A stretch of DNA of 64,000 bases from Lophium mytilinum (lineage: Eukaryota), in contig MU004182.1 in the NCBI GenBank assembly GCA_010093605.1, positions 186,001-250,000 on the forward strand, given 5' to 3'. Shown here piece after piece: positions 24,322-34,759 of the stretch. Position 1 is the first letter of the stretch. Every line of letters starts with the position of its first letter. Under the pieces are notes generated by a model. It did no database searches. It saw nothing but the letters and a program-made list of their open reading frames with translations, and was not told the DNA's origin. The position numbers and the translations under genes are program-made.

Positions 24322-26843
24322 TCACATGAAATCTTCCCATTCATTAGCCTCCTTGTTGCCATGCCAATCATTCCAAGGTCCAGGCGAATAATCTTCAGGC
24401 TTCAGTAGAGCTGTAATATTCTCCTGGACTTGACAACCGCTGTATTCCCAAAACCCGGCGCCTTCTGTGCCTTTGGGGGGACGGTGTTTAGAACCCTTCG
24501 GGTATGATTTACTATGCCAGTGTCGAGAGTTTGGACCCTGCGCCGTCTCTACCATTTTACAGGAGGCATATTTGACGCATTCCTCATCGAAGCCTTCGAC
24601 AAAGGAAAGGCCTGTGGCATTGAGGAAAGCGCTGCTCTCGTCTTCCAGCGGTACGAGCTTTCCTTCCTCGAGGCTGGACGAAACGCTGATGTTTCCGACT
24701 CTGCAAGGAAAGTTTCTTGATGGACCGTTGCGTGGATAGTCTTCAATCTTGTACCCAGGCGGAATTGCCTGGCCGTAGGGAGATTGTGCGACTGGTATGT
24801 TGAATACCACACCCGCCGAAAGACCAGCCATGACATGGTCGGTACTATTAGGCCGGACTTCCAGAGCAGCCGTCGCTCTTTCAATCCACGTGTCTCGGTC
24901 ATTAGTCTCATTGAAGCGTGCATGGATGTAGTGAACCACGGAATGCCGGACTATATCCTGTGCCATCGTCGCCATCAGCGGAGAAAAAGTCTTACGCTCG
25001 ACAGAAGGACATACCTCGGCCGTGACGTTTCCAAATTCCTTAGGGTTCTTTCGGAGGGCTTTCAGCCCGGGCGGTATACCAACCCACGGATCCGATAATC
25101 TCTTCTCTTTGAGCTTGAGGAAGGGTGAATTCAGACGAGAAGTCGTAGTCTTGATACTTTTAAAGGTGGTTAGAAACGGTTCGTAGTGTTAGGAAACACA
25201 TCCCCCTACAAGTTCAGGAAAAAGACCGCATCTGGGTATTCTTCCAAACAGACTTTTGTGATGAGTATACCTCGCAAGTCTGACTCGCAATCTCTACCGT
25301 ATTCGGTGGGTGTCCAAGTAATCCAGACCCTCATCTCCCTCCAATAATGGTTGATGGCCAGACCAAAAAACAATGTATTGAACCATCGCTGGAGCTCGTC
25401 CACTGCGTCTGAATGCTTGTGCGCATGGCGTCTATGACTTGTCAGTGGCTTCTGCAGATAAGATCGGTTGTTGACCTACCCGCCGCCCAACTCGTTGACC
25501 AGCGTAGTATTGGATAAGTCCGATTTCCCTGTCTTAAACAGCTCTATTCCGCTCTTAGTGATTATATCTATTATATCATCCCCTACGGAGGTGATGTACT
25601 CTCCATAATTTATCTCGGAGTTGTGAATGAGCTCGCTTGGAGTATGTGAGTACCAGTTCGTTTTGAATGGGCTTTCGGGGGTGAACGTACGGGCCCTCTC
25701 TGTGATAGGCGTTGCGTAGACCAGTAAAAGCGGAAAGAACTCCACTCTGGCCGCCCATTATGGACGCCGCCACCTTCCACCCTCGTTCTATACTCTTGGT
25801 CATGCTGTCCACGGCGGCCGTTTCTGTCTGCACAACCGCTGCGATTCTCCCTGCCATCCCAAGCCCACCAGTCATGACTGGTTGCATAGCGAACGAACCC
25901 CATTGTGCTGCGGCGCCTGCAATCGCTAGCACGGCATACAGAATAGCCAAGTCCTGTTTGTTTTCCTGTTCTCTACGTTTATCCTCCTCCGCTTCGTTCG
26001 TCTTTGCTACGTTATTGGTAAAGGTATCTTCGAGGCTCGACCTGTGTCCTTCGAAACTATCACGTGCACTCTGCGCAGCATCTCGCATGATCGAGAGCTG
26101 GGTGTTCAGAGTGCCGACAGAGTCCAGGAAGTACCAAGCTTTGCGCTTGTCGTCCTCAGAGACATGGTCCTTGGGATCGACGAACTTACAGTTAACGGGC
26201 TATCTTGAGATTAACACCACGCGTGCCATGGCATATGTGAGAACGACTCACTGAGCAAACTCCGTGCAGATTGCAGTCCGTGATGCTATCCGCCATGTCT
26301 GGCATCCAATATGTGATCATATATTCAATGAAATGGGGATATGTTTTGTTGTCCGACTTGTTCAACGAAGCCCAGTTGGCGCGTTCTTTTTCCATCCATC
26401 CGTCGACATCGTCTTCCTCCCACACGGTCGCGTTCGAGTGTGGCCAACCGCAGGGCCCGTCGGAGTCATCAAGTAGCCTGTGTTTGCTATGTTTGCTCTG
26501 TTTGACATGCGAGGTGGTGGAGCTGGCCGCGGAGGCTTAGAGTTTGTTTAGCAATTGAAGACGGGGAGTGCTAATATAGCGCCCAGTCATAGGTCCCTGT
26601 AGACTTTCGTTCTTCGACTAGTCTGCGAATCCATGCTAGGGCACCATAGGAGGCCTTACCTGTTGCGGTTACAGTAGCAGCTGCGGTTGAAGTAGCAACT
26701 GTAGTTGAAGTCTCAGCTGTGGTCGAAGTAGCGGCTGTGGCTGAAGTTGCTTCGTCCTTCAACCCCCGTCCATACAATCTACTCGGCTGTTCTAGAGGAG
26801 CTGCTTGAGCAAATAGCACTAGCTAAAGCCCCGCGAGCTTCAT
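24322..26843 (-). pseudogene. Uncharacterised secreted protein gene (711 codons, 7 exons) with an in-frame TAG at codon 7; exons 26843-26660, 26535-26252, 26199-25691, 25635-25480, 25431-25210, 25156-25015, 24957-24322
   Basis: ATG AAG CTC GCG GGG CTT TAG CTA GTG CTA TTT GCT reads MKLAGL*LVLFAQAAP. Six GT-AG introns with branch sites give a 2133-nt frame that is otherwise open. Confidence 0.72.
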
Positions 26844-27937
26844 TCTGACTGCGTACCAGATCGGATGAAGTGAACTTAGGAATACCGACAAGGACTGTCC
26901 GAGGCTAGAAGAACCGGTTCTGGGTGTTTGACATGAAAACGAAGACGAAGAAGGGTAGAGAGGGGCTTGGGGCCTTTGAATTACTTGAATGCCTTACTCT
27001 GAATCTAGGCCGCGCAAAGTAACCTTACCTGAATCTATAATCTTAACATAGGCTGAATATGTCTAACATAGGAATACTATAGTACGATCTTTGAAAGTCT
27101 AGATGATACCACATACCAAGAACAGAGTCATGCAGCACCTACTCAAACAAGCAACACTTCAGCTCTCGCCAAATCCGACAAGGCCGCCAGTAAACGCTCG
27201 GTGGGGAGATATTGGACTAGGTCAGGTCAGCTCTCTGATGTACGATAGGCCCAAACATAAACCCTGGTCACTTGGACTCTCGGTACCCTCCCAGTCTCGA
27301 CCACTTCCATCCTGATCTGGCCAGAATCCACTGTGTACTCCGTTGGCTTCATCCAAGCATTCACCGCAGCCCCTCGAGCCAGTTTAAGATAACTCTTCCC
27401 CTCTTCTGCTCTTATCGTCACTATCGGTACTTTTCCTATGGGTCCGCGGCACCTGGATTTTGTTGGGGGAGTGGCGCATAGTTTTTCCGTGGGCCACGAC
27501 ACCACATATATCAGTACTGCTCTCCCGTACCGCGTTTACACGCTCTACTTTACCCGACACGTGTATCCCCTCATGCCCTACCACTACATTGCTTCGGTAC
27601 TGTATCTGGGCTGTCACGCGGCAAAACCTACAATATTGTCGTACGGTTTTCTGCTTATATCTGCCTACAACTATAAACCAGCCGAAGGTTGTGGCATAGT
27701 TTCACTAAAATCTTGCAGACAATTAGCATACAGCCGATCAGGAGAGATAGCTACAGAACACCCTTTTAGACTACTCACTATCAAGACAATAGTACTGATA
27801 GTGCTCGTCTAATCATGAATATAGAAACCGCAGTCTATCGTGCCTCCACCCGCTACGCGCACTTTTGGATATCATGAGAAAGGAAAGAAACCACACACAA
27901 ACGAGATGTATCTCGCAGCCAACCAACCACATCTCAC

Positions 27938-29211
27938 TCAACATCCATTATAGTCCCCGCCCCACCCACCGCCGGGCGCCCCCCTCCCCTGCAACGCCCT
28001 CGCGACCTGAATCCCCTGCGTCAAGAATCCTACTGCCGTATCCACGCCTTCATGCCCCGTCCTAATCGTCCCCGGCATCGGTGGGTCCTCCGGCCGCTCA
28101 ATGACGCCCGCCAGTTGCGCATCGCTCACGCTTCTTTGATGCCGATCGAGCACTAGCCGCCTGATCCCGACGTGCCACCGCTCGAACCACTGCTCCTCGC
28201 TGAGCGTGGTGTAATGCCGCTGACCGGCGGCATTGACCGTGGAAAACGGCCACACGGCTTCGACGACAGCGTAGCGCTTTGTGGCGAAGAACAGGTACGG
28301 CCAGGCGAAGATCCATAGGAAGGAGAGGTAGAAGAGCCAGCGGATCCAGGTGGTGAGGCGCCAGGAGTTAATGCGCGAAGAGGTGTAGAGGTCCACGTAG
28401 CGGTCCTCGATGGGAAACGTGATGGAGATGCGCCCACGGTAGTTCGTGCTCCTGATCAGCCCCTCGAGCCGGTTCTTCAATGGAGTTGTGTCTATTCCGG
28501 AGACGGTGCGACTCAGGCGGAAGACGCGCAGCGTGGAAGGAGATGCGCAGTAGCGGTGGCACCATTCCTTGAGCTCTGGTTTCGCGAGTCCGACCTCTAG
28601 CTCTTTGGTATACCCCGGAGCGCGTTGCTTGATGAAGGACCCGCGGAGGACTTTCTCGCCGTTTTCGACGGTGCGCACGGTCATGGTTTGGGAAGAGTCG
28701 GGGCGAAGGTACTCCTTGAGGGAGAGCACGAGGCGGAAGTCGACGACTTGTTGCGTCTCTTTCTTGTTGTTGGCCACTTTGCGGGTTTCGCTGTGGTGGC
28801 CTGTGGTTATGGAGTTAGCACTGGGGTTATTGGATTTAGCGTGGAGGTTGTACCCATGATATACACCAACGGTTCCGGAGCGGTCATAGCCATTTCTCGG
28901 ATAGCTTGTTCGAGGTACACTGGGTCTGTGTCGTATCGCGAGTCCATCACGTTGGAGACTTCGCAGACTACAGGCTTGCCTCCGCTCAGTGAGTATCCGG
29001 CGTCGTGGTCCATGCGATTGGAGGGCGGGGGCGGGATGTGTCGAGGCGCGGGTCTGGTGCTGCTTGAACCACCCACATCGTCGGTATATGCAGGTGGAAG
29101 GCCAGAGATTTCGGGAGCGTCGTCGTAGTTGAAGTCGTCGGGGGTAGTGTGCATTGATAATGCGTCAGGATCGTCCCGAAAGGCCTCGGAGTCGCGAGTT
29201 GGCCGACCCAT
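27938..29211 (-). CDS. Conserved-looking fungal hypothetical protein, 406 aa, with PPAY motif and C-terminal TM segment; exons 29211-28854 and 28800-27938
   Basis: Intron 28853-28801 (GTACAA...GCTAAC...CAG) joins YIMG-HHSETRK..VVDF; TM WLFYLSFLWIFAWPYLFFA; strong coding bias. Confidence 0.85.
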
Positions 29212-29875
29212 GGTGAAGATTTGCAAGAGGAGTGTATGAAGCTCGTGAAGAGACTTTTGAGGTAGTGTATTCGGAGGAAAAGAAGATGATGGACGCGACG
29301 CGCCTTTTGTACTCTTGTCGGAGGAGGGGCAGGATCAGGGGCGGGTCTGACACGGTTCGTTTGGGACAAAAGCTAGGCAACTGCTTACCTATCCCAGTCG
29401 CTGGAACCAGGCTGTCTGTGTTTGGTGTGAAGAGATTTATCGATTGGTCAATGGAAGAGTATAAGCAGTCTTTCCAGTTCTTCGATAGATGTCGTGAAAT
29501 GGAACCGACTTCTTGGGTACTAAAGTCGTTAGGAAATCAGGGTCCTCGGTCGTTGATTCTCTGCAGCCATAGGACGCTAATTTAAGCTTAACGTGATCTA
29601 AAAATACTTTCGCGATTTCTTCGGCAACCTCACTTTTTCGCGCTTCGTGACATCAAGCCTCACTCACACGTCCGACCACACCTCATTCCTTTTCAACGCA
29701 CATCATAAGCTAGTAGACGACGCTGGCAACCTACGGTCCCCTCAGTCGATCTTTATGTGCGCGGCCAGCCCTTCGAGTAACCTTCCACAGGATATGGAAT
29801 TTTGGTAGTGCGACACGCCAACACCCATCTATACCTCAAACCCCAAGCCAAATCAGACGGAAATCGCTCTCTACC

Positions 29876-32182
29876 ATGGCCGCAGACGCTGTCGATACTC
29901 AAGTGCGCCAAACCAGCCAAGAACTCACTCCCACAACAGATCGCGTAGCCATCGACACCGAGTCGCCCCCAAACAGCCGCGAACCTACTCCCACGAAGGA
30001 CCCTGCAACCATCGACGCCGACCCGTGCGCTGACCAACTCGTTGCCCATGACGGGGTGAATTTCACAACCATTAAGGAGGGGCTAGCATATATTCTCGTA
30101 CCGCAGGGTACCCCGACCTCCACCGATCCTAAAGCCCCGAAGGAAGATGCCGACAAGCAGTCCGTCTTCTACAATCCCATTCAACAATTCAATCGCGACC
30201 TGAGCGTGCTGGCAATAAGGGCATTTGGAGAAGATTTTGTGGCGGCTCAGAAGCTGAGGAAGGAGGCCGAACATAACAAGCCAGCGAATAAGAGGAAGTG
30301 GGATAAGAAAAGGCAGAAGAAGAAGGAATTGAAGAATCTAGGGAGGAAGGGTGAGAACGAAGAGATTGGTCCACAAAGCCCGACTAAGAAGAGGAGGATT
30401 GAGGGAAGTGGAGAACAGGTGGAAGTCACGGATGGTAGAATTCATGAGCTTGGAGCCCTGATGCCAGACCAAGAAGAAATGGAAATCGACATCATTGTAG
30501 ATAAACCTGAAGCTGCTTCTCACGAAAAAGAAGTTCTCCCATCCAGCACCGAAAATGCAGTGGTACAGGTACCTACCAATTCTGCCCCTGGTGAGATACC
30601 GCAGATGTTCGGCGAAGGGTCGAAAGGTGATGTTATTGCGGGAAATGCGAATCCGACAGACCAGCTAGCTCCGCCAAACAGCGCCGTACCAGGACTAAAT
30701 GGCAACACACCACCACCAAAACCCGATATCCGAATTCTGGACGCCCTTTCAGCCACAGGTCTACGAGCGCTGCGCTATGCGCAAGAATTCCCCTTCGCAA
30801 CCGCAGTCACCGCCAATGACATGTCCCAAAAGGCGACTGCATCCATTGCTCTTAATGTGAAGCACAACAAATTAGAGGACAAGATTACTCCGAACACAGG
30901 AAATGCCATTGCCCACATGTACAGCTTCGTTGGGACGAAAGGCTACGATGTTATTGACCTAGATCCATACGGCACCGCAGCACCATTCCTAGACTCAGCA
31001 CTCCAAGCTCTCACCCATGGCGGCCTTCTCTGTGTGACCTGCACTGACTCCGGCGTCTTTGCATCCACTGGCTACCTCGAGAAGACCTACTCCCAATACG
31101 GTGGTCTCCCAATCAAAGGCTTCCACTCCCACGAAGGCGGTCTACGCTTGATACTGCATGCCATCGCCACATCAGCGGCAAGATACGGTATGGCCACCGA
31201 GCCTCTTCTCTCCCTCTCAATCGACTACTACGCGCGCGTGTTCGTCCGCGTACGTCGATCCCCCGCAGAAGTCAAATTTCTGGCAGGCAAGCAAATGCTC
31301 GTCTACAGTTGCGATGCGGGATGTGGTGCATGGCAGACCCAGTTCCTCGCCCGCAACATACCGCGCGAAAACAAGGACGGTAGTTTATACTACAAGCACT
31401 CCTTCGCGCAAGCGCCCTCCGCCTCACCTTTCTGCGAACATTGCGGGACGAAGACTCACCTTTCTGGTCCCATGTATGGCGGGCCCCTCCACAACCCCGC
31501 CTTCATCGAACGAATCCTTGACTTCCTCCCTCATATCGACAAGGAGACGTACGCCACGACCGCGCGAATAGAGGGGATGCTACAGACCGCGTACGAAGAG
31601 ACTCTAGTCGACGCACCGGTAGTCTCGAAACGGGGGAAGCCAACCAAGGACTCGGAAACCGCCGAAAATAAGACTGCGGACACGGACTTGTATTCTTCTT
31701 CCATCCCGAAAATGGACCCCGCGCAAATCGACCATCACCCCTTCTTCTTCACCCCCTCCAATCTCTCCAAAGTCATCCATTGCCAAGCTCCTCCGGACGC
31801 CGCCATTCGTGGCGCCTTGCGAAATGCCGGCTTTAGAGCTACGCGATCCCATTGCAAGCCGGGCACGATTCGTACAGATGCGAGCTGGAAGGATTTGTGG
31901 CACATCATGCGCGAGTGGGTCAAGCAGAAGGCACCGGTGAGGAAGGGAGCGTTAAGTGAGGGGAGTGCGGGGTGGAAGATTTTGAGATTAGGGGAGGGTG
32001 AAGCAGAGAGAGCGAGAGACGGGGACGGTGAAGGAGAACAGGAGGATGGTGGTAAAGGAGAAGGAGGGCAGAGATACAAGGTTGTTTTCGATGAGAAGCT
32101 GGGCAGGGACGAGGGGCCAAAGTTGATGCGGTATCAGATCAATCCGAGAGCGAATTGGGGGCCGATGAATCGGGCGAAGTAA
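29876..32182 (+). CDS. TRM1: tRNA (guanine-26-N2,N2)-dimethyltransferase Trm1
   Basis: VFYNPIQQFNRDLSVL, ILDALSATGLRALRY, DVIDLDPYGT, GGLLCVTCTD, zinc-binding Cys (CDAGC, CEHCG) and C-terminal YQINPRANWGP; basic NLS-like stretches. Confidence 0.97.
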   Translation: MAADAVDTQVRQTSQELTPTTDRVAIDTESPPNSREPTPTKDPATIDADPCADQLVAHDGVNFTTIKEGLAYILVPQGTPTSTDPKAPKEDADKQSVFYNPIQQFNRDLSVLAIRAFGEDFVAAQKLRKEAEHNKPANKRKWDKKRQKKKELKNLGRKGENEEIGPQSPTKKRRIEGSGEQVEVTDGRIHELGALMPDQEEMEIDIIVDKPEAASHEKEVLPSSTENAVVQVPTNSAPGEIPQMFGEGSKGDVIAGNANPTDQLAPPNSAVPGLNGNTPPPKPDIRILDALSATGLRALRYAQEFPFATAVTANDMSQKATASIALNVKHNKLEDKITPNTGNAIAHMYSFVGTKGYDVIDLDPYGTAAPFLDSALQALTHGGLLCVTCTDSGVFASTGYLEKTYSQYGGLPIKGFHSHEGGLRLILHAIATSAARYGMATEPLLSLSIDYYARVFVRVRRSPAEVKFLAGKQMLVYSCDAGCGAWQTQFLARNIPRENKDGSLYYKHSFAQAPSASPFCEHCGTKTHLSGPMYGGPLHNPAFIERILDFLPHIDKETYATTARIEGMLQTAYEETLVDAPVVSKRGKPTKDSETAENKTADTDLYSSSIPKMDPAQIDHHPFFFTPSNLSKVIHCQAPPDAAIRGALRNAGFRATRSHCKPGTIRTDASWKDLWHIMREWVKQKAPVRKGALSEGSAGWKILRLGEGEAERARDGDGEGEQEDGGKGEGGQRYKVVFDEKLGRDEGPKLMRYQINPRANWGPMNRAK

Positions 32183-32397
32183 GGTTGATCTAAGGTCATT
32201 TGGGATTGAGGCTAAGTAGCCTCTATATGACCAACGCGGATGAGTCGTGGATAAACCATTATGCCGCAGGAGCTTAAGAAGACGACGAACTCACTTATAC
32301 TGCTTGGCTCCAATCCTGTTCACTCGACAGCACTGTAAGGAGCAGCCCAGCCAGTAAGAAGACAGTCATCAAGAGGCAGTCCAATTTCCACTACTTG

Positions 32398-32610
32398 AAA
32401 CTTGACATCATGCTTTTAAAAAGTCGCACCCGCTAGTCTGGCTTCACAAGTATATTCAGAGGTAGCAAAAGGCATATGCACATAGTCTGATTCCCAGTAT
32501 ATAGAACGTGACATCCAACTTTCAGAATCTTGCACCTGCTAGACTGGCTTCACATGTATATCGGATCTGTCAAAACGCTAAAATACGCAGTCTAATTTTA
32601 GATGCGTGAG
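32398..32610. repeat. Degenerate ~106-bp tandem duplication (2 copies plus a fragment near 32661)
   Basis: GCTAG(T/A)CTGGCTTCACA(A/T)GTATAT starts at 32432 and 32538, and the flanks align. Confidence 0.65.
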
Positions 32611-32892
32611 GAATTCTATTATAAATCAGGACTTAATAAACTTACGTCCAATCCGCGGTGTATAGAACTTGACATTGCAGTTTCACGATTTCAGTTAGTC
32701 CAGGGGCGCTTTTGGGGGTATATGGGGTGCAATTGGTTCGCCAAGTAGGACCAATCTGGCCATATGTGAGTGTGCGCAGACCTCGTGACCTATCGCTGTC
32801 AGGGGTGGCCTGAAGAGCTATCAGCCTTGTCAAGATTGTCACTTCCCAGTGTTCGGATAGGGAGCGGTGCTAAATAAGTGAGGAGCTATAGG

Positions 32893-32902
32893 GTATATAA
32901 GA
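32893..32902 (+). promoter_or_regulatory. Putative TATA box of the downstream membrane-protein gene
   Basis: GTATATAAGA followed by a CT-rich tract, ~350 bp upstream of the ATG at 33248. Confidence 0.5.
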
Positions 32903-33100
32903 GGCCGAGCTCGGAGCTTCCTCCATCACTTCTACCTTCCACTTTCTTTGGCACCTGCTTGATGATGCCAGGACCGCCTTCGGACCGCAGACACCTGCCA
33001 ACGACTGCTCACGATACCTTCCGATTGCGGCCGCCAAGCTGTGCGACTATATCTACCTCCTCCATCGCACCATCCGACTCTCTTCCCTCAGCTTCCATAA

Positions 33101-33248
33101 TCCAATTCTCCTCCACACTCTCATCCGTTTGACAGACCTGATCGAACGTTGAATCCACTCCAACAGTGCCATCATCCGATTCTCTTCCACACTCTCATCC
33201 GTTTGACAAATTCGATCGAACGTTGAAGCCACTCCAACGGTGCCATCA
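33101..33248 (+). repeat. 74-bp direct tandem duplication (33101-33174 and 33175-33248)
   Basis: Both copies share TCCACACTCTCATCCGTTTGACA and GATCGAACGTTGAA..CCACTCCAAC.GTGCCATCA, with few substitutions. Confidence 0.92.
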
Positions 33249-34153
33249 TGCCTCCTCGTCGCTCCAACCATGAGGTGAATCAAGACGCACGTCGTGTCCT
33301 CCTCCGACCCTGGCGGTCCCCCACTGGGTGGGCGTTCTTGAGCGTTCTTCTCTCTTTCCTGGGTGTCACATTCGCCGCCGTCGACGCACAGCGTGCCTTG
33401 CATAGCGACAAAGGCCTCATGCAGAAGATCCTCACCATGCAATTCGTCATTGCCGTCTTGACCCTTGTACTGAACCTTCTGCTTCTTGGACTCCACGTCA
33501 TCCGAGCATTCGAAGTCATGACACGTTTGTACCACTTCCCCTCTCTCTACCTTCGTGGGCTAACTTCTACCTAGGTAACATGTCGCCGGTTCAAGCCACC
33601 TTCCTGTTGCGTACTGTCACCTTGACGCCCCGAAATACCCCACGCCCGCCGTCGCTGGGTCACTTCCTGCCCAGCACTGGTTACCAATTCACGAACAAGT
33701 TCCGCGAAGACTGGGTCACATACGTCAAAATCATCCTTCTCGTCACCAACCTGGCCATGGGGGTCAGAAGGCTCAACAGAGCCCACGAAGAGTATAGGCC
33801 CTGGCTCCACCCAAAGGGTCTCGCCATAAGTGACGCTCGCTGGAACCTGGGATGCGCCGTTCTTCTGCTCTTTATCACCCTTTTCCTCGTGGGCTTGGAT
33901 ATGTTTAAACTTCTCCATAGGGTGCGTATGGAGAACTGGAAGAAACGCGGTACGTATTGTTCCTCTTCCGCTCAACCTTACGGTGTTTGAGCCCATATGC
34001 TGACGCTCTGTAAAGAAGAAGCAGCCACCGGCCGCAGATCAGCCGCTTCTTCCGAAAGAGCTGTCGGTAGCCGCCCCCACAGTGACTAGGCAGAGGGGTA
34101 CGCTGAGGGGCACGCAGAGGGGGACACTGAGGGGTACCCTGGGGGAACGGTGA
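33248..34153 (+). CDS. Hypothetical ~4-TM membrane protein (241 or 253 aa depending on the intron-2 donor); intron 1 33525-33574, intron 2 33922 or 33950 to 34015
   Basis: Hydrophobic segments WAFLSVLLSFLGVTFAAV, FVIAVLTLVLNLLLLGL, WVTYVKIILLVTNLAMGV and LGCAVLLLFITLFLVGL; branch sites GCTAAC and GCTGAC. Confidence 0.7.
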
Positions 34154-34290
34154 GGGGAGGTCAGGGGTCTATTATGGGTAAACAATAGGATATTCTGCAT
34201 GTTCTTTCGGCAGCGTACGAGTGGAGCAGGGGCATGCGGAGGGGCCTTTTATGCCGTAATTAGCAGTTACTATGCCTCGGCGTCAAACAT

Positions 34291-34752
34291 TCTACACTCG
34301 TTCACCACTGTTTGAGGTGCCTCACAATATTTTCAAGATGAGAGAATTCAACCTTTTGAATTACTATTAGACTCGTGAAGCCACTCTAGACAGTGTCAGC
34401 ATGATGTACGCAGATCGGCTTCCAATTCCAACACGCTCGGCATAGCGATCCGGACACTCGTTCACCACTGTTTGAGGTGGCTCAAGTATTTTCAATCAGA
34501 AAGAATCTCAACATTTTGGACTAACAGTAAACTCGTGAGGCCACTCTAGACAGTGTCAACACGGTGTACGCAGATTGAAATTGTATCCGATGTGTCCGAC
34601 TTCCAATTCAAACACGCTCGGCACATCAATCCGTACACTCGTTCACCACTGTTTGAGGTGCCTCACAGTTCCGAATAAAAAAAGGGAAAACAGACAATTT
34701 AGACTACCGGTAGCCTCACGAGGCTACTCCAGACAGTGTCAACATGGCGTAC
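34291..34752 (+). repeat. Three tandem ~160-181-bp units, each an imperfect inverted repeat (hairpin); candidate structured ncRNA
   Basis: Identical 26-mer ACACTCGTTCACCACTGTTTGAGGTG at 34294, 34454 and 34635. Each is followed ~55-65 nt later by a complementary arm (C/T)ACTC(T/C)AGACAGTGTCA(A/G)C. Confidence 0.88.
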
Positions 34753-34759
34753 AGAACCT

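Noticed and set aside
25636..25690. Apparent frameshift in the secreted-protein gene
   Set aside because: Explained by a 55-nt GTACGT...CTCAC...AAG intron.
9463..32182. ATS1, RPS16 and TRM1 as a translation/tRNA-modification gene cluster
   Set aside because: Separated by unrelated genes; ordinary core-gene neighbourhood is the simpler explanation.
34291..34752. CRISPR-like reading of the conserved-repeat/variable-spacer array
   Set aside because: Eukaryotic context, no cas genes, only three units, and the intervening sequences are homologous to each other rather than unique spacers.
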